Below, piece by piece: positions 1 through 11,867 of a DNA stretch of 64,000 nucleotides; the first letter of the stretch is position 1; every line of letters starts with the position of its first letter. This DNA comes from the human T2T-CHM13v2.0 reference genome, Homo sapiens: positions 36,128,001 through 36,192,000 of the forward strand of contig CP068257.2 of assembly GCA_009914755.4 (NCBI GenBank). The letters are read 5' to 3'. Under the pieces are notes generated by a model, which did no database searches, was not told where the DNA came from, and worked only from the letters and a program-made list of their open reading frames with translations. The translations under genes and the position numbers were made by a program.

Positions 1-129
1 TGCAATGTTTTTCAGATGTTCCTGAGATATTCAAGTCTAGAGACCAGGCTTATTTGGAGTATGTGTCATAGGGAAGGCAACAGTGGGGGGTGTGTAAGGA
101 TTTCACTGAGTTGCAGGAATCACAAATTA

Positions 130-975
130 GGATGGAGGTTATTTTCAAACCTCTTTATATGGCATATAGTAGGCAGAATAATGGCCCCAACGAGGCCCAC
201 ATCCTGATCCCGGGAACTGTGGATATGCATGTTACATGTCAAGGAGAAATTATACTTGCAGATGGAATGGAGGTTGTCAGTCAGCTGGAAGATTATCCTA
301 GGTCCTGAAAAGTGGAAGAGGGAGACAGCAGAAGAGAGGGAACCAGGGAGATAGTAGCATAAGAAGGACTTAGCCCAACGTTGCTGGTTTTTTTTTTTTT
401 TTTTTTTTTTTGACAGACAGGGTCTTGCTGTGGCCCAGGCTAGAGTTTGGTGGTGCAATTAGGGCTCACGGCAGCCCCTTGACCTCCCAGGCTCAAGTGA
501 TACTCCTGCCTCAGCCTTCTGAGTAGCTGGGACCACAGGTGTGCACCACCATAGTCAGCTAGTTTTGTTATGTATTATTTATTTATTTATTTCTATATTT
601 ATTGCAGAGATGAGGTATTACTCTGTTGCCCAGGCTGGTCTCAGACTCCTCAGTGCAAGTGAATCCTCCTCCCTTGGCCTCCCCAAATGCTGGGATTACA
701 GAGGTGAGACATCATGCCTGGCCATGGTTGCTGGTTTTGAAGATGTGGGAAGGGGACCATGAGCCAAGGAGTGCAGGTGGCCTGTAGAATCTGGGAAAGG
801 AAAGGAAGTGGATTCCCCCAGAGCTTCCAGAAAGGAACATAGCCCTGATGACACCTTGGCTTTAGCCCAGTGAGACTCCTGTTGGACTTCTGACCTCTAG
901 GATCTTAAGTCAATGCATTTGTGATATTAGTCCAATCAATTTTCAGTAATTTGTTACGGCAGCAAAGGTAAACAA
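130..975 (+). mobile_element. MaLR solo LTR, MLT1-type, split by an Alu insertion at 388-726
   Basis: Collinear with other copies in this window (2770-3234, 37330-37815, 57715-58100). Shares the motifs '...tgtgaatatgtta...atcacaag.gtccttataag...ccatgagccaagga.tgcagg...gacttctgacctc.ag...taatttgttacagcagc'. The two halves rejoin perfectly once the Alu and one TSD copy are removed. Confidence 0.5.
388..726 (-). mobile_element. Alu SINE, antisense, older S/J-like subfamily with decayed CpGs
   Basis: 24-nt poly-T followed by the reverse complement of the Alu right and left monomers, ending '...gagacatcatgcctggcc'. Flanked by a 12-bp direct repeat 'gttgctggtttt' at 380-391 and 727-738, which is the TSD. 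Confidence 0.9.
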
Positions 976-1014
976 AACAGGAGTAGGCAGATTCCCGTTC
1001 AATTCAATTTATAC

Positions 1015-1135
1015 ACACTGAACACCTGCTATGTGCCAGATCCTGTGCTAAGAGCTGGGTACAGGGGTGAATAAAGATGCAGCCCCTGCCCTCAAGTCTC
1101 ACAGCCTTGAAGAAAACACAGGAGCACACACGTCC
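1015..1135 (-). mobile_element. L2/MIR-type 3'-tail fragment
   Basis: 'cacactgaacacctgctatgtgccag.tcctgtgctaagagctggg...aaagatgcagcccctgccctcaag' resembles the reverse complement of the shared L2/MIR 3' tail. Confidence 0.3.
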
Positions 1136-1164
1136 CACTAGGGCAGCGGAGGCAATTCCAGGAT

Positions 1165-1516
1165 CACGGTGTGTTCGCTGGGGCAGCCGTGACAAAGTAC
1201 CACCAACTGGTGGCTTAAATAACAAACTTTTGTTTCTCACAGTTCTGAAGGCTGGGAAACCCAAGCTCAAGGTGCCGGCCGGTTCTGTTCCTAATGAGGG
1301 CTCTCTTCCTGGCTTGCAGGAGGCCACCTATTCACGCCCACATGGCAGACAGCAAACTCTATCTGTGATCTCTCTTATAAGGGTGCTGACTCCATCCTGA
1401 GGGCCCTACCCTTAGGATCCAATTACCTCTCAAAGTCCCCAACTCCCAAATGCCATCACATGGTGGATTAGGATGTCAACATATGAATTTATGGGGAACA
1501 TAACTCAGTCCATAGC
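1165..1516 (-). mobile_element. MaLR LTR, MLT1-type, opposite orientation to the other copies
   Basis: 'gtgacaaagtaccaccaactggtggcttaaataacaaac...cacagttctgaaggctgggaaacccaagctcaaggtg...ctcttataagggtgctgactccatcctgagggcc...aacatatgaatttatggggaacataactcagtccatagca' is the reverse complement of the MLT1 tail and body. Confidence 0.45.
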
Positions 1517-1879
1517 AGATGGGAATGGGGAGATGGTGGACTAACTGTCTTGGGTGAGGTGGGAGCGGGTTAAGGAAAGCAGGAGTGGCAGTCCTTAGGT
1601 AGCAAATCAAAGGCCCAGGGATAATCCAGATCTGGGGAACAGAGTAACAAATCATGAGGTTGCAAGAGAGCCCACTTCCTTCATTCTTCCAGCTGTCTGG
1701 TGATCTGGGGTTGCTTTGGGCCTATCTCTGAGGCAGAGGGGAAGGGAGGTGAGGGTGTTTACTGAGTGTGCTCTGTATACAATTCAGTCTTCTCCAAAAG
1801 GCTGTGAACAAATGTCGTTTTTATCACCATTGTTAAGATAGGGGAGAGGAGTTTCTGGAAAGTTCCATAACTTGCCTAG

Positions 1880-2085
1880 GGTGTTTGACCTCTAAAGCTG
1901 GTATTCTCCATGATACTCACTTGACTCTGAGTAATTCCCCTCTGATTAAACAGTGGAAAAGAAAAAGACAACATGACGTCTCCTGCGACCTTAAACCCAG
2001 CACTGAGACAGTGCCTGGCACATAACAAGAGCTAAAGAAATTTTTCTTGAATAAATGAATAGGTAATTTCAGATCCTTTAAGACT
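1880..2085 (+). mobile_element. MIR SINE fragment
   Basis: 3' tail 'cagtgcctggcacataacaagagctaaagaaatttttcttgaataaatgaatagg' matches the MIR tail 'cagtgcctggcacatagtaagcgctcaataaatg'. Confidence 0.4.
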
Positions 2086-2769
2086 GACCATTTGGAATGG
2101 GAGTCTATAACTTCTACATACTCTGTAAATTGTCCTTTATCCACTCTGACTGCTCAGTGGATTTTTTCTTTTGAGCTCTAGCATTCCATCCAAATAAATC
2201 CCAAGCAAAAGTTTTAAGTGCTCCAGCTACTAGAATTGATGGCAAAGCCTTATATTCGCCGATATTTTTGCTGACTTTTGGAGCCTTGTTCATAAGGTGC
2301 AAGATCAGTGGAACACTTGAATGTGTGTGCAGAGCACTGTGTGAGCCCTGCTGGAAGCTTCCAGAAGTACAGGATGTGGTCCCAGGCCCACACATGCATG
2401 AAGAGAGGAAGGGGAATGGAGGCAGAGGAAAAGACGCCCTGCCAGGGTTCAGCAGACACAAAGACACAAGTGTAGGAAGGATGACTGAGAAATGATCTGT
2501 TTTTTCCCACCCCAAAAGGGGCAGTTGTTTTCTTTGCCCCCTTTGGAGAGGGCCAGAAGGGGATTTGTGTCTTGCCAGAAGGGATTTATGCCTTGCCTTA
2601 GAGGAGGTTCTTTAAAGGTCTTTGGTTTCCCAAAGCCTTGGCTGTGGTAGGCAAAGCACTGGATTGCTCCAAAGGGATGAAGCTTTGGGATTTTTATTAG
2701 GAAAAGCTGGCAAAGGCCTTACTAGGGAAAGGGAGGGGCCCCTAAGACCTGCAGAAGTGAGCTGGGTTT

Positions 2770-3234
2770 TCTGATATACAGAATCTGTGAATATGTTCCA
2801 CTATACAAAGAAAAATCGAGGTTGCAGTTGGAGTTAAGGTTGCTAATCAGCTGACCTTCAACTGGGGAGATTATCCTGGATTATCCGGGAAGCCCAGTGT
2901 CATCACAAGAGTCCTTTTAAGTGGGAGAGGGAGGCAGGAGAGGGAGAACGAGAGAGATGGCAATGTGAGAAGGACTCAGCCCATGGTGCTGGCTTTGAGG
3001 GGGGAGGAGGGGGCCATGAGACAAGGATTGTGGGCGGCCTCTGGAAGATGGAAAGGCAAGGAAACAGATTCTCCCCTGGAAGGTGCAGCAGTAATGCAGT
3101 CCTGCTGAAAACAATTTTAACCCAGTGAGACCTGAGTTAGACTTCTAACCCGCAGACTTGCCAGATACATTTGTGTTGTTTAAGCCTCCAAGTTTATCGT
3201 AGTTTGTTCCAGCTGCATAAGGAAACTAACACAG
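2770..3234 (+). mobile_element. MaLR solo LTR, MLT1-type
   Basis: 'ctgtgaatatgttcc...ggagattatcctggattatccgggaagcccagtgtcatcacaagagtcc...ccatgagacaagg...agacttctaacc...tttgttccagctgcataaggaaactaacacag', with the TG..CA LTR-like tail shared with THE1/MST. Confidence 0.5.
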
Positions 3235-5348
3235 GGTAATATGGGGGTGCCTGGAGACTGAGTCACAGGGCTGAGACCTTGGAGACCCAGTGATGGTCTC
3301 ATGGCTTTCCTGGATATAGAGGAAATGTACCCACAGGCTTGTGACTTGTAATGTGTTGTGCAGACTTAGTCAGAAGCAAGACCAGAAACCCCTCCACACG
3401 TTTTATGGACAGTGTAAGTTTCTAGGGCCATTTATACAACCCCAGGTACGGGTGGTGTCCCTCAATAATGGTGGATACGTGAACACTTCCAACCCTGGAC
3501 AGCAGGTGCTCAGAGCCAGTTTAATTGGATCTAGGAAAATTAAGGGTTGTGATGTATCTTGCACCTGAGGGTGGTGAGCAGATTCACAGCTGCTCTGCTC
3601 ATCAAGATTTTTCTAAAAGAATATGTTAATTGCCGCAGAACTGCACTTGTCAGAGCAAGCTCATAAAAGAGATGAGTTTTCAGTTGTGTTTGGAACAGGG
3701 TAGGAGTGGGTGGGTGAGGACTGGGATCCATGGTTCGTGGATGGGAGGAGAGAAGAGTTCAGAAATGGATGTTAGGAATCCATCTCTAGAAGTCTTAACA
3801 GTGTTTTCCATTGACTCAGAGCTTGGTTTTGTGGTAGTGGGAATGTGGCAATATGAAGGATTCTGGTGATAGGAAGTGGAAGACTTCATAAGCAAAAGCC
3901 CCAGTCTTAGTGGAACGCTTCAAAGCCACAGGTTCTTCCAGTAACTGCCTGGGTCTTCCGCTTCTCCCCTTGGCTCTAAATTCCCAACAGGCTTTGTGGA
4001 GGTTTGACAGCTGCTCCAGGAGCTTGCAATTTACTTTTTGTTCACTTTATGCAAATTCATACTTGGCTTTGTAGCACAAAGGACAAACCTAGTGGGGTCT
4101 GAGTTGCCCTACGGAGGTTTTATCCCCACAAAAGTCGGGAGCCCAGGAAGCTGCAATGACAAGGGAAGAGTCCAGGAACAAAACCGTGGGAGAGACCTAC
4201 ATATGAGGCATTCCAGAGTGGTCTTTGCACTGTGCTGTCTTAATAGGTATAGAGCTATCAACCTGGAGTAGGCAGTAGATATTTAACGCTCACATTTCAT
4301 CTAGATGTATATGTGTATGCATGTGTGTATGTATCTGTGTACAATGTGCATATTTATATATAATAAACACACCTATGCATGCACACTTTTTGATGGGAGA
4401 CACTAATTTTAGGCAGTATAGGTCAATTTCTAACTTCTGAGCTGGGGCATGGGGTCATTTTCAGGTGACAGGTGGGGTAACAGCCACAGGTATGCAAAAT
4501 TCCTTCTAGCTGGTCTCGAGGGCATCTTTGCTCAGAGGGGGCAGAAGGAAGTAGCATTGGCATCACTTCGAGGAAGCCGGGTGTTTGCCCGTAGCACAGC
4601 CTGAAGCAACTGTGCTTGGGACATAGGTGAGTAGAGAATAAAGTATGCGTGGGCAAGGCCAGGCAAGCACCAGCACAGCCTGAAGACACACCCTCCGCTC
4701 GTGGACAGAATGGGGCACCATGCAGGGAGCCCCATAGGGACTGCTCAATGAATCCACCTGGACTGGATTTGTCACTAGATGGTGTGAGATGCAACTTGTA
4801 TTGCACCCATACCTGGAGCCCGGCTGTCATTCTCTGCCATGGAGACAAAGTGCCTATGTTGTGGCTGTCCCAGACCCTTTCCAAGAGGATTTAGACTGCA
4901 GTGTAAAGGGGGCTTCATGTTGAGGCACATTATCCATTTGTGGTTAAAAATTTTAGCAAGGAGCTAGGAAAGTTATGTTTGGGGTCATGATCCAAAGGAA
5001 CTTCTACCCTATTAGCTTAAGGATTGAATCTAAAAGATATTGGAGGTTGAAAAACGGTCTCAGGAAAGTCCTCTAACTTAACACAGGGACATAATCTATT
5101 GAGGCTGAATGGAAAGAAGGACAAGGTGTTGCTTTTGGAGCCAAAGTGCCAGGGTTCAAGACATTCGTCAAAGGGCAGTAATCATACCTATGCAGCCTGC
5201 CTTGCACCGTCGCCAAGAAAGCTCCAAGCCAGTGCAAACCAACTATCTGCAAAACATCTAATGAGAGGTCAGAGCTGGGCTAAAAAGTCACAGACCTGAA
5301 CCTTTATCTGCAGGATAAAACATTTGGATTAAAGGCATTTAAAAAAAA

Positions 5349-5891
5349 ATGCTTGCTGCTTTTTTGGTAGCAGAGCATAAAGCCACATCAAAAGAAGACA
5401 TTTATGCAGCCAACAAACATATGAAAAAAAGCTCATCATCACTGGTCATTAGAGAAATGCAAATCAAAACCACAATGAGATATCATCTTACACCAGTTAG
5501 AATGGCAATCATTAAAAAGTCAGGAAACAACGGATGCTGGAGAGGATGTGGAGAAACAGGAACGCTTTTACACTGTTGGTGGCAGTGTAAATTAGTTCAG
5601 CCATTGTGGAAGACAGTGTGGCGATTCCTCAAAGATCTAGAACTAGAAATACCATTTGACCCAGCAATCCTATTACTGGGTATATACCCAAAGGATTATA
5701 AATCATTCTACTATAAAGACACATGCACACACATATTTATTGCAGCACTATTCACAACAGCAAAGACTTGGAACCAACCTAAACGCCCATCAATGATAGA
5801 CCGGATAAAGAAAATGTGGCAGATATACACCATGGAATACTATGCAGCCATAAAAAGGATAAGTTCATGTCCTTTGCAGGGACATGGATGA
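5349..5891 (+). pseudogene. L1 ORF2 C-terminal remnant (non-functional, 5'-truncated)
   Basis: See the L1 fragment at 5386-6188. There is protein-level similarity to the L1 ORF2 C-terminus and no upstream RT or endonuclease region. Confidence 0.85.
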
Positions 5892-6188
5892 AGTTGGAAA
5901 CCACCATCCTCAGCAAACTAACACAGGAACAGAAAACCAAACACCACATGTTCTCTCTCATAAGTGGGAGTTGAACAATGAGAACACATGGGGACACAGG
6001 GAGGGGAACATCACACTCCAGGGCCTGTCTAGGGTGGGGAGCTAGGGGAGGGAGAGCATTAGGAGAAATACCTAATGTAGATGACGGGTTGATGGGTGCA
6101 GCAAACCACCATGGCACATGTATACCTATGTAACAAACCTGCATGTTCTGCGCAGGTATCCCACAACTTAAAGTATAATAATAAAAAA
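5386..6188 (+). mobile_element. L1 (primate L1P-type) 3' fragment: ORF2 C-terminus plus 3'UTR and A-tail
   Basis: ORF 5349-5891 translates to '...[103 protein letters not shown]...[27 protein letters not shown]', the L1 ORF2 C-terminal cysteine-rich domain. It is followed by the L1 3'UTR 'gggaggggaacatcacac...cctaatgtagatgacgggttgatgggtgcagcaaaccaccatggcacatgtatacctatgtaacaaacctgca...cttaaagtataataataaaaaa'. Confidence 0.9.
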
Positions 6189-7084
6189 TGCAATATTATT
6201 ATTAGAAGCTAAAACTTGGTAAGAATGGGAGCCTACCTGAAATTGCTATCTGGTTACACACTCAAAAAACCTTTGTTATATGTTAAGGTAAACAAAATTT
6301 ACTACACAAACTACAAGGCCTCTGAAATGAGAGAATCTCAAATGTATTTGAGTTCCATGATGTCTTTTTGAATAAACCACTAAACAATGAAGTAGGGAAT
6401 ATTTTTGAGGGTGCTGAAGGAATGGACTGATTTTTATTTTTTTGCTTAAGCAGGGCCAAGAGAAAGCAAGAGAGGGCCACACACACAGAGAGAGAAATGC
6501 AGTAGCCTTTGCCCCTAATCTCATGAGAATCTGCTAATTTTCCAATCTCTCACTGGAATATTTTATGCCTAAAATAATTCACGATGTGGCTGTAGCATGC
6601 ACTGCCCTGGACTGCTGAGCATTTTAGTAGCAAAACATGGAGAGTGTTACCTGCTGACCTGCTAAGGAGCATGGGCTCATTCCCATCCCTCTGTGTGCTA
6701 ACACTGGGACCAGGGAGAGCAAACGGGAGGTGGGACGCTTATTGTTATCAGTATTATGTGCCTATTTTCACACTCATACGTAAGAGCACCCTGGGAATGA
6801 AGTGCAAGGTTCAACATTCCTGTGTTTAGAGGAATGTACTTGCTGAGGCATGAGAAGTATGAGCAGACTGCGAGGCTGTAAGAAACTCAGTTGTCCCGGG
6901 ATGCTCCAACTCTGAGGGTGAGTTCCCCCTCTAAATGTGATGTTTATGGTATCACAGGAGGGTCCTGACCAAAAGTGATCCGGGCACTTTGTACTTAGTT
7001 TCTATGTATGATTGTGCCAGCTTTCACAACATTCCCACACTCTTACCAGAAGGGAGAATGATGAACTCATCACAAACCAATGTA

Positions 7085-7235
7085 GTGTAAGCTCCTTCAC
7101 CCTATCTCGGGGTCTTTGAAGATAGAAGCTGTGCTTTCTTGATCTGTGTGTCCTCAGGCCCTAGTACGATGCCTGACATATGATAATTCCTCAATGCATT
7201 CTTGATAAGTGATTGTTTGAATGAATGAATGAAAG
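7085..7235 (+). mobile_element. MIR SINE 3' portion
   Basis: 'agtacgatgcctgacatatgataattcctcaatgcattcttgataagtgattgtttgaatgaatgaatgaa' matches the MIR tail 'agtgcctggcacatagtaagcgctcaataaatgtttgttgaatgaatgaatgaa'. Confidence 0.45.
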
Positions 7236-10200
7236 AGAAGGAAGACATTTCCACTGGATTAATGAAACGCTAAGTTGGAAGAGTGCATTAGGAACAGTTA
7301 AAGAATGGGCAGTGATGGAAAGCTATCTACAATGTACAGAATCTTGTTACTGTGCAGATTTGAGTCAGCCTTTGATGACTACTGATAGCTATGTCACCTA
7401 AAGAAGAGCCTTCAGGAATCTTGGATCTGTCGTTCACCCAGTGGGAGGTGGAGAAGCACTGTAGGTCAAGGCGGGCTGCTCTGTGTCCTCATGAGACCTT
7501 GGGCACCAGGGCCAGCCATGCTTTGGAGGGGTTTTCCAGGATCAGTTGCCTTGATTCAGCCCCAGTGGCCCTGCTACACTGATCACAGCTGGTTGGACCA
7601 GAGGTGGACACCTGACCAAAAAGGTAGCTGCAACAGGCTGACCAGCATCCTAGGAGGTGGTCTGACATGAAGCTCTGCCCAGTAGATTTCTATACACATG
7701 GCGGCTGGATCACCCAGTCAAACCTTCTCTCCCAGGAAGTCTGAATATGAGCTAAATAGAGAAGCCAACAGCAGCAAAAGCCGAGAGGAATACAGAGGGA
7801 AGGCATTAAGCAGAAGCTTTTAAGGAGAGGGAAAGAGAGGAGAAACAATGCAGGCAGAAAGAGGAATAGAGAGGGAGGTGCTGGGTCCCACACATGGCAG
7901 ACACGCTGCCACAGGGTCACCATAATGTGACCGTGCTCATAAATCCTGGGGACAAATGAGGCTTCAGTTCCCAGGAATCCTGGCTAGGCGGCCCCAGACA
8001 CATTCAAACAAATCTCATGACCCAAGGCAGCCCCTAGTTCTTCCTGCAACCCTGAGGAGCCTCATTCCCAAATTTCACTTCTTGGGTCCCAGAGCCAGGC
8101 TGGTGTGGATGACACAGAAGGAAGACCTGTGACTGTAGGATGCTGTGTGCTGTGGGAAACCAAGGGGTTCTGTAAACTGTAGGCTCTGCCCCTGCCCTGG
8201 AAGGGATTCATACTGGAGTTAGAAAAGCCAGAAAAATCCACACACAGGTGTCCAAGGTGTTATATATTAAGTAGCCAAAGTGAGAGAAAAGACAAGGGCT
8301 GCCAAGAGTAAGAAGTGAAGAGGGCAAGGTGGGCTGGGCAGGGAACACAGGGAAGGCCTCGGAGCTGGGGACTGAGTGCTGAGGGTGGGCGAGACGGCCG
8401 CATGGAAAGGTGCTTGCAGACATGTGCACAGGGTGGCAAATGCCTGCAGCGTGTGCAGCTGGGCTGAGAAAGGCAGCTCTGGTCTCTGCAAATCTGCAGG
8501 GGTTTCTGGATGCCTAGAGTGACCAGAAGCACGGATTGAACCTGTCAAACAACCCGAGTGAGTGGACAGGGCCCAGATGGTATTTCCTGACTTGGGGGCC
8601 AGCTGTGATCCTGAACGTCCCCTAGTGCCCTGGGATCAGCACATTTGAAGGCATGTCTGCGTTTCTTCCTGGGAAACACAGATCTCTGATGAAGATAGGC
8701 TATGATGTGAGAAACTTCAACCAGGCGTAAATTGCAAAGGGCAGCAGAGTGTTCTGTTCGCACATCAAGAACGTATCCCAGCCTTAGAAACAAAATAGAA
8801 ACGGAGAGCTGAATCTAGAGAGCCGGACAGCAGGCTGCCTGGCAACCACCAAGGAACACGACGCTCTTAGCCTGGTTCTGCTCCTACTGTGCAAAGGGCA
8901 GTCTGGAGATAGCAGGTCAACATCCACTTGGAATCGAAAAGGTTAAAAAAGCATGCATTTGGATGGCTCTCTGTTCTCTTTTTCTTTTCATATTTGTTAG
9001 TGCCTGTTACCTGCAGATCGAGGGAACGCTGTCACTAATGTTATGTTTTATAGGCGAGCCTTTGCTGAGTAAGAGACTACACTCAAAAGAATCACCAGGA
9101 CCCTCCCGATTTTCAAGGCAGGGGGCAGGTCCCAGTCCCTACACTCCTTGGTCTCTGAGACATCGGACACTATGCCTTTCATTCCCATGGGATGCTCTCA
9201 TTTTCCTTGGCTAGGTCTATTACATTGAGAACAAGGCTGGGCCCTTGAGCATGTGCTGCCTGACTCTTTAGAGCACGGGGTGCCTTCCTTGTGGGGTCTG
9301 AAATCAAAGACAACATGCCTGCAGATAGTTTTCTTGAATTTTTGAAGACATCTGGGGCCTGGGCCACACATAAGATACTGCAACCAGCTAATAATTAAAC
9401 CTGGATGCCACCTGCCAGCTCATTCTCCAGGTTTGGCAAATGAAACACACATTACTAGAGGAAGGACATCTTTAGGGGAAGGAAGGCCCATCTTTAGGGG
9501 AAGCTGCATCCCTGGTATCTTTAGAACAATGAGGCTTCCCCAGAAAGGAGGGCTTCTGAGACCTCAAGGAGACAAAGTACTGTGAATCTCAAGTGCCGCT
9601 TGCTTGAGCAAAATGCAACCGACTTTCTAAGAAACCATGAGATTTCTGAATAAGGAGAAAGGGCTTTTATCAGGGTTTTTCTAGCTCCATAGTTTGTTAG
9701 CAGAACACAGAGTTGGATATGATAGCTTGAAGCCTGTGGTATGAACTGATGTGTCTTTCTAGGGTTTGACACTTAGTAGACACCCCACAAATGTCACTTG
9801 GTTACAGAAATAAGTGAAGGTTTAAAATGAAAGAAGAAACGTACTGTGTCTTTATTTCCTGTGGCTCTAGCTGATCCGGGACAATGGACTGAATGCCATC
9901 ATGAGCCTCAATGGACTTACCTGTAAGAAGGGTCACGTGAGATTCCAACGCTAATGAGCGTGAAAGGTTTTTGCAAACAGGAACTGCAGCACAAAGGAGA
10001 GGTAATATGTTGCTGTTGGGTGAGGTGTCCTGGCTGGGTTTGCTTTAGTCCTCACTTTCGGTACATTTCCTGCCTAAGATATTTGTGATGGTGGAAGAAA
10101 GGCCTGGATTTCTTCCTTTAAGATTAGGAGTGGCTAGTTTCCCTTTTGGGGGCTGTTCCTAGGACTTGAGGCACCGTCTCAGAGCTGAGGAGTAAGCAAG

Positions 10201-11867
10201 GCTAAGCCGCAGTGCAGCTGGACAGAAAGCCGGAGAGGTATTGCTGGGCTTCTGGAAGTCCCTGAAGGGTGGAGCTTCTCAATAGGTAGCAAAATGACAA
10301 ACTCTAGACAACTCCAGGATGTGTTCAATGATAAAACACAGGCTCTGGAAGCTGGCCTGAGAAAGAAGTCTTAATTCCTTAAGGACCCGAGCGAGACCCA
10401 GTTCTAAATCTTAGAAAAGAAGTTTGCAAGTGTCTTAGTGGATGCAGAGTCAAGATAAACAGAATTTTCTAGCACCGTGGAAGGAACAGAAATTACAATA
10501 AAGAAGAAATAGAATCAAAAGGAACTTGGCTGACTTTTATAGCTTCTGGTTGTCTATTTCTGGGACATCTATGTTCAGTGGCAAAATGAAAAAAGAAAAA
10601 AAAAGAAAAAAACAACTACACAAACACACATGCAAAAGCTCTCAAAGAAGGCAAGAAAAAGCTATGCCCCTGGGATAGAAGGCTCTTTCCTGAGACTTTC
10701 TTTGTTATCCTAAGTCCTGCAAATCTTCAAATGTTACCTGAGAGTGTTTCATCTGGAATTCAAAGTCAAAACCAAAACAAAACTAAAACCCAAAAAGAAA
10801 GGCAGGAGAGAACAGCTAGTCTTGAAAATAGGCAGACTAGTTGAGGGAAACAAATCTGTGTGTGCTTTGCCATGAGGGGCAACTGAAGGAAGAGAGGAGC
10901 CTGGATTATCCATGATTTAAGTATTTGTAATTGAGGGAACAGAAAAGGTGTCCTCTCTCTGTGTTTAGCCAGCAAGGGAGCATGGCTGAGTTGCCTTGAG
11001 CTCCTGACCCTATCATGAGAAGCCATGAAGGGGTGAGGTGGGTGCTACCATGGGCCAGCCTCCGGGTGAGAAGGATGGATACGAGGGTGCGGTACAGGCA
11101 GCAGGAGCTGTGCCAAGCAGAGTGGAGGCTGCCCCTTTCCCCAAGCACATCTCACACTGCACCTTGGCCTTTGGTGGAGCCACTGACTTCTGGAGAGCCC
11201 CATGCTGTGTGAGTGCTAAATGCGGAATGCAGGCACTTTGTGAAGTCTTTATTCGGTGGCTCGAAATGCTCAGAGCTTGAGAAGAAAAATCAACACCAAA
11301 TGGGTTAGCTTCCTCTAGATGCTTTTGGATGAAAGCTCTTCCAGGTTCTGTGGATGGATGGACGCTGACACAGCACCCTCGTTTGTAAAGCAGGGCTGGT
11401 GGCATCCACTTGGAGGCTGGCACAAGGGTTGTGTGGGATTTCCCTGCCCGCCAAGCTCCTAGCCCTTGATTCAGTGTCTGTGGCTCCTTTAGGACCTGTG
11501 CTGGACCTTCATTAAAAACCAACAAAAGTAGGAAAACTGATGCAAATAAAAGAAATAATACCACAGATGACCATTCATTCCATGTCAGAAACAAATGCCT
11601 GGATATTCCTTTATGATAAACCTGGAGAGCAGGAACCACCCATTGAAGACAGTGTGGGCCACAGACCCCACGGTCAGAGAATGGGTGGTGGGAGCAGGGC
11701 TGGCGTGGGGGCCCGGGAGAAGGCAGGGGACGTGCGTGGAAACAGAGGCGCAGTCTGGGTGAGGGGTCCAACCCTTAGGCAGCACTGACATCTCCCCGCT
11801 ATGCTGGTCTCCACCCTGGCCCCAGCATTCACACTGCATTCCTGCTTTGCAACTGTGAACCCTGTGA

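Noticed and set aside
8267-8548. Three mutually overlapping minus-strand ORFs (73-93 aa) in a GC-richer stretch
   Set aside because: Overlapping open frames in GC-rich DNA are expected by chance. Translations are Pro/Ser/Leu-rich with no motif. The CpG density here (8.3-8.5 kb) is too low and too short to call a CpG island or promoter.
11013-11771. 252-aa minus-strand ORF in unique sequence
   Set aside because: Pro/Ser/Leu-rich low-complexity translation with no recognisable domain, no start-context or splice support, and GC-rich sequence where long random ORFs are expected. In a primate genomic context a single-exon 252-aa gene with no other support is not credible.
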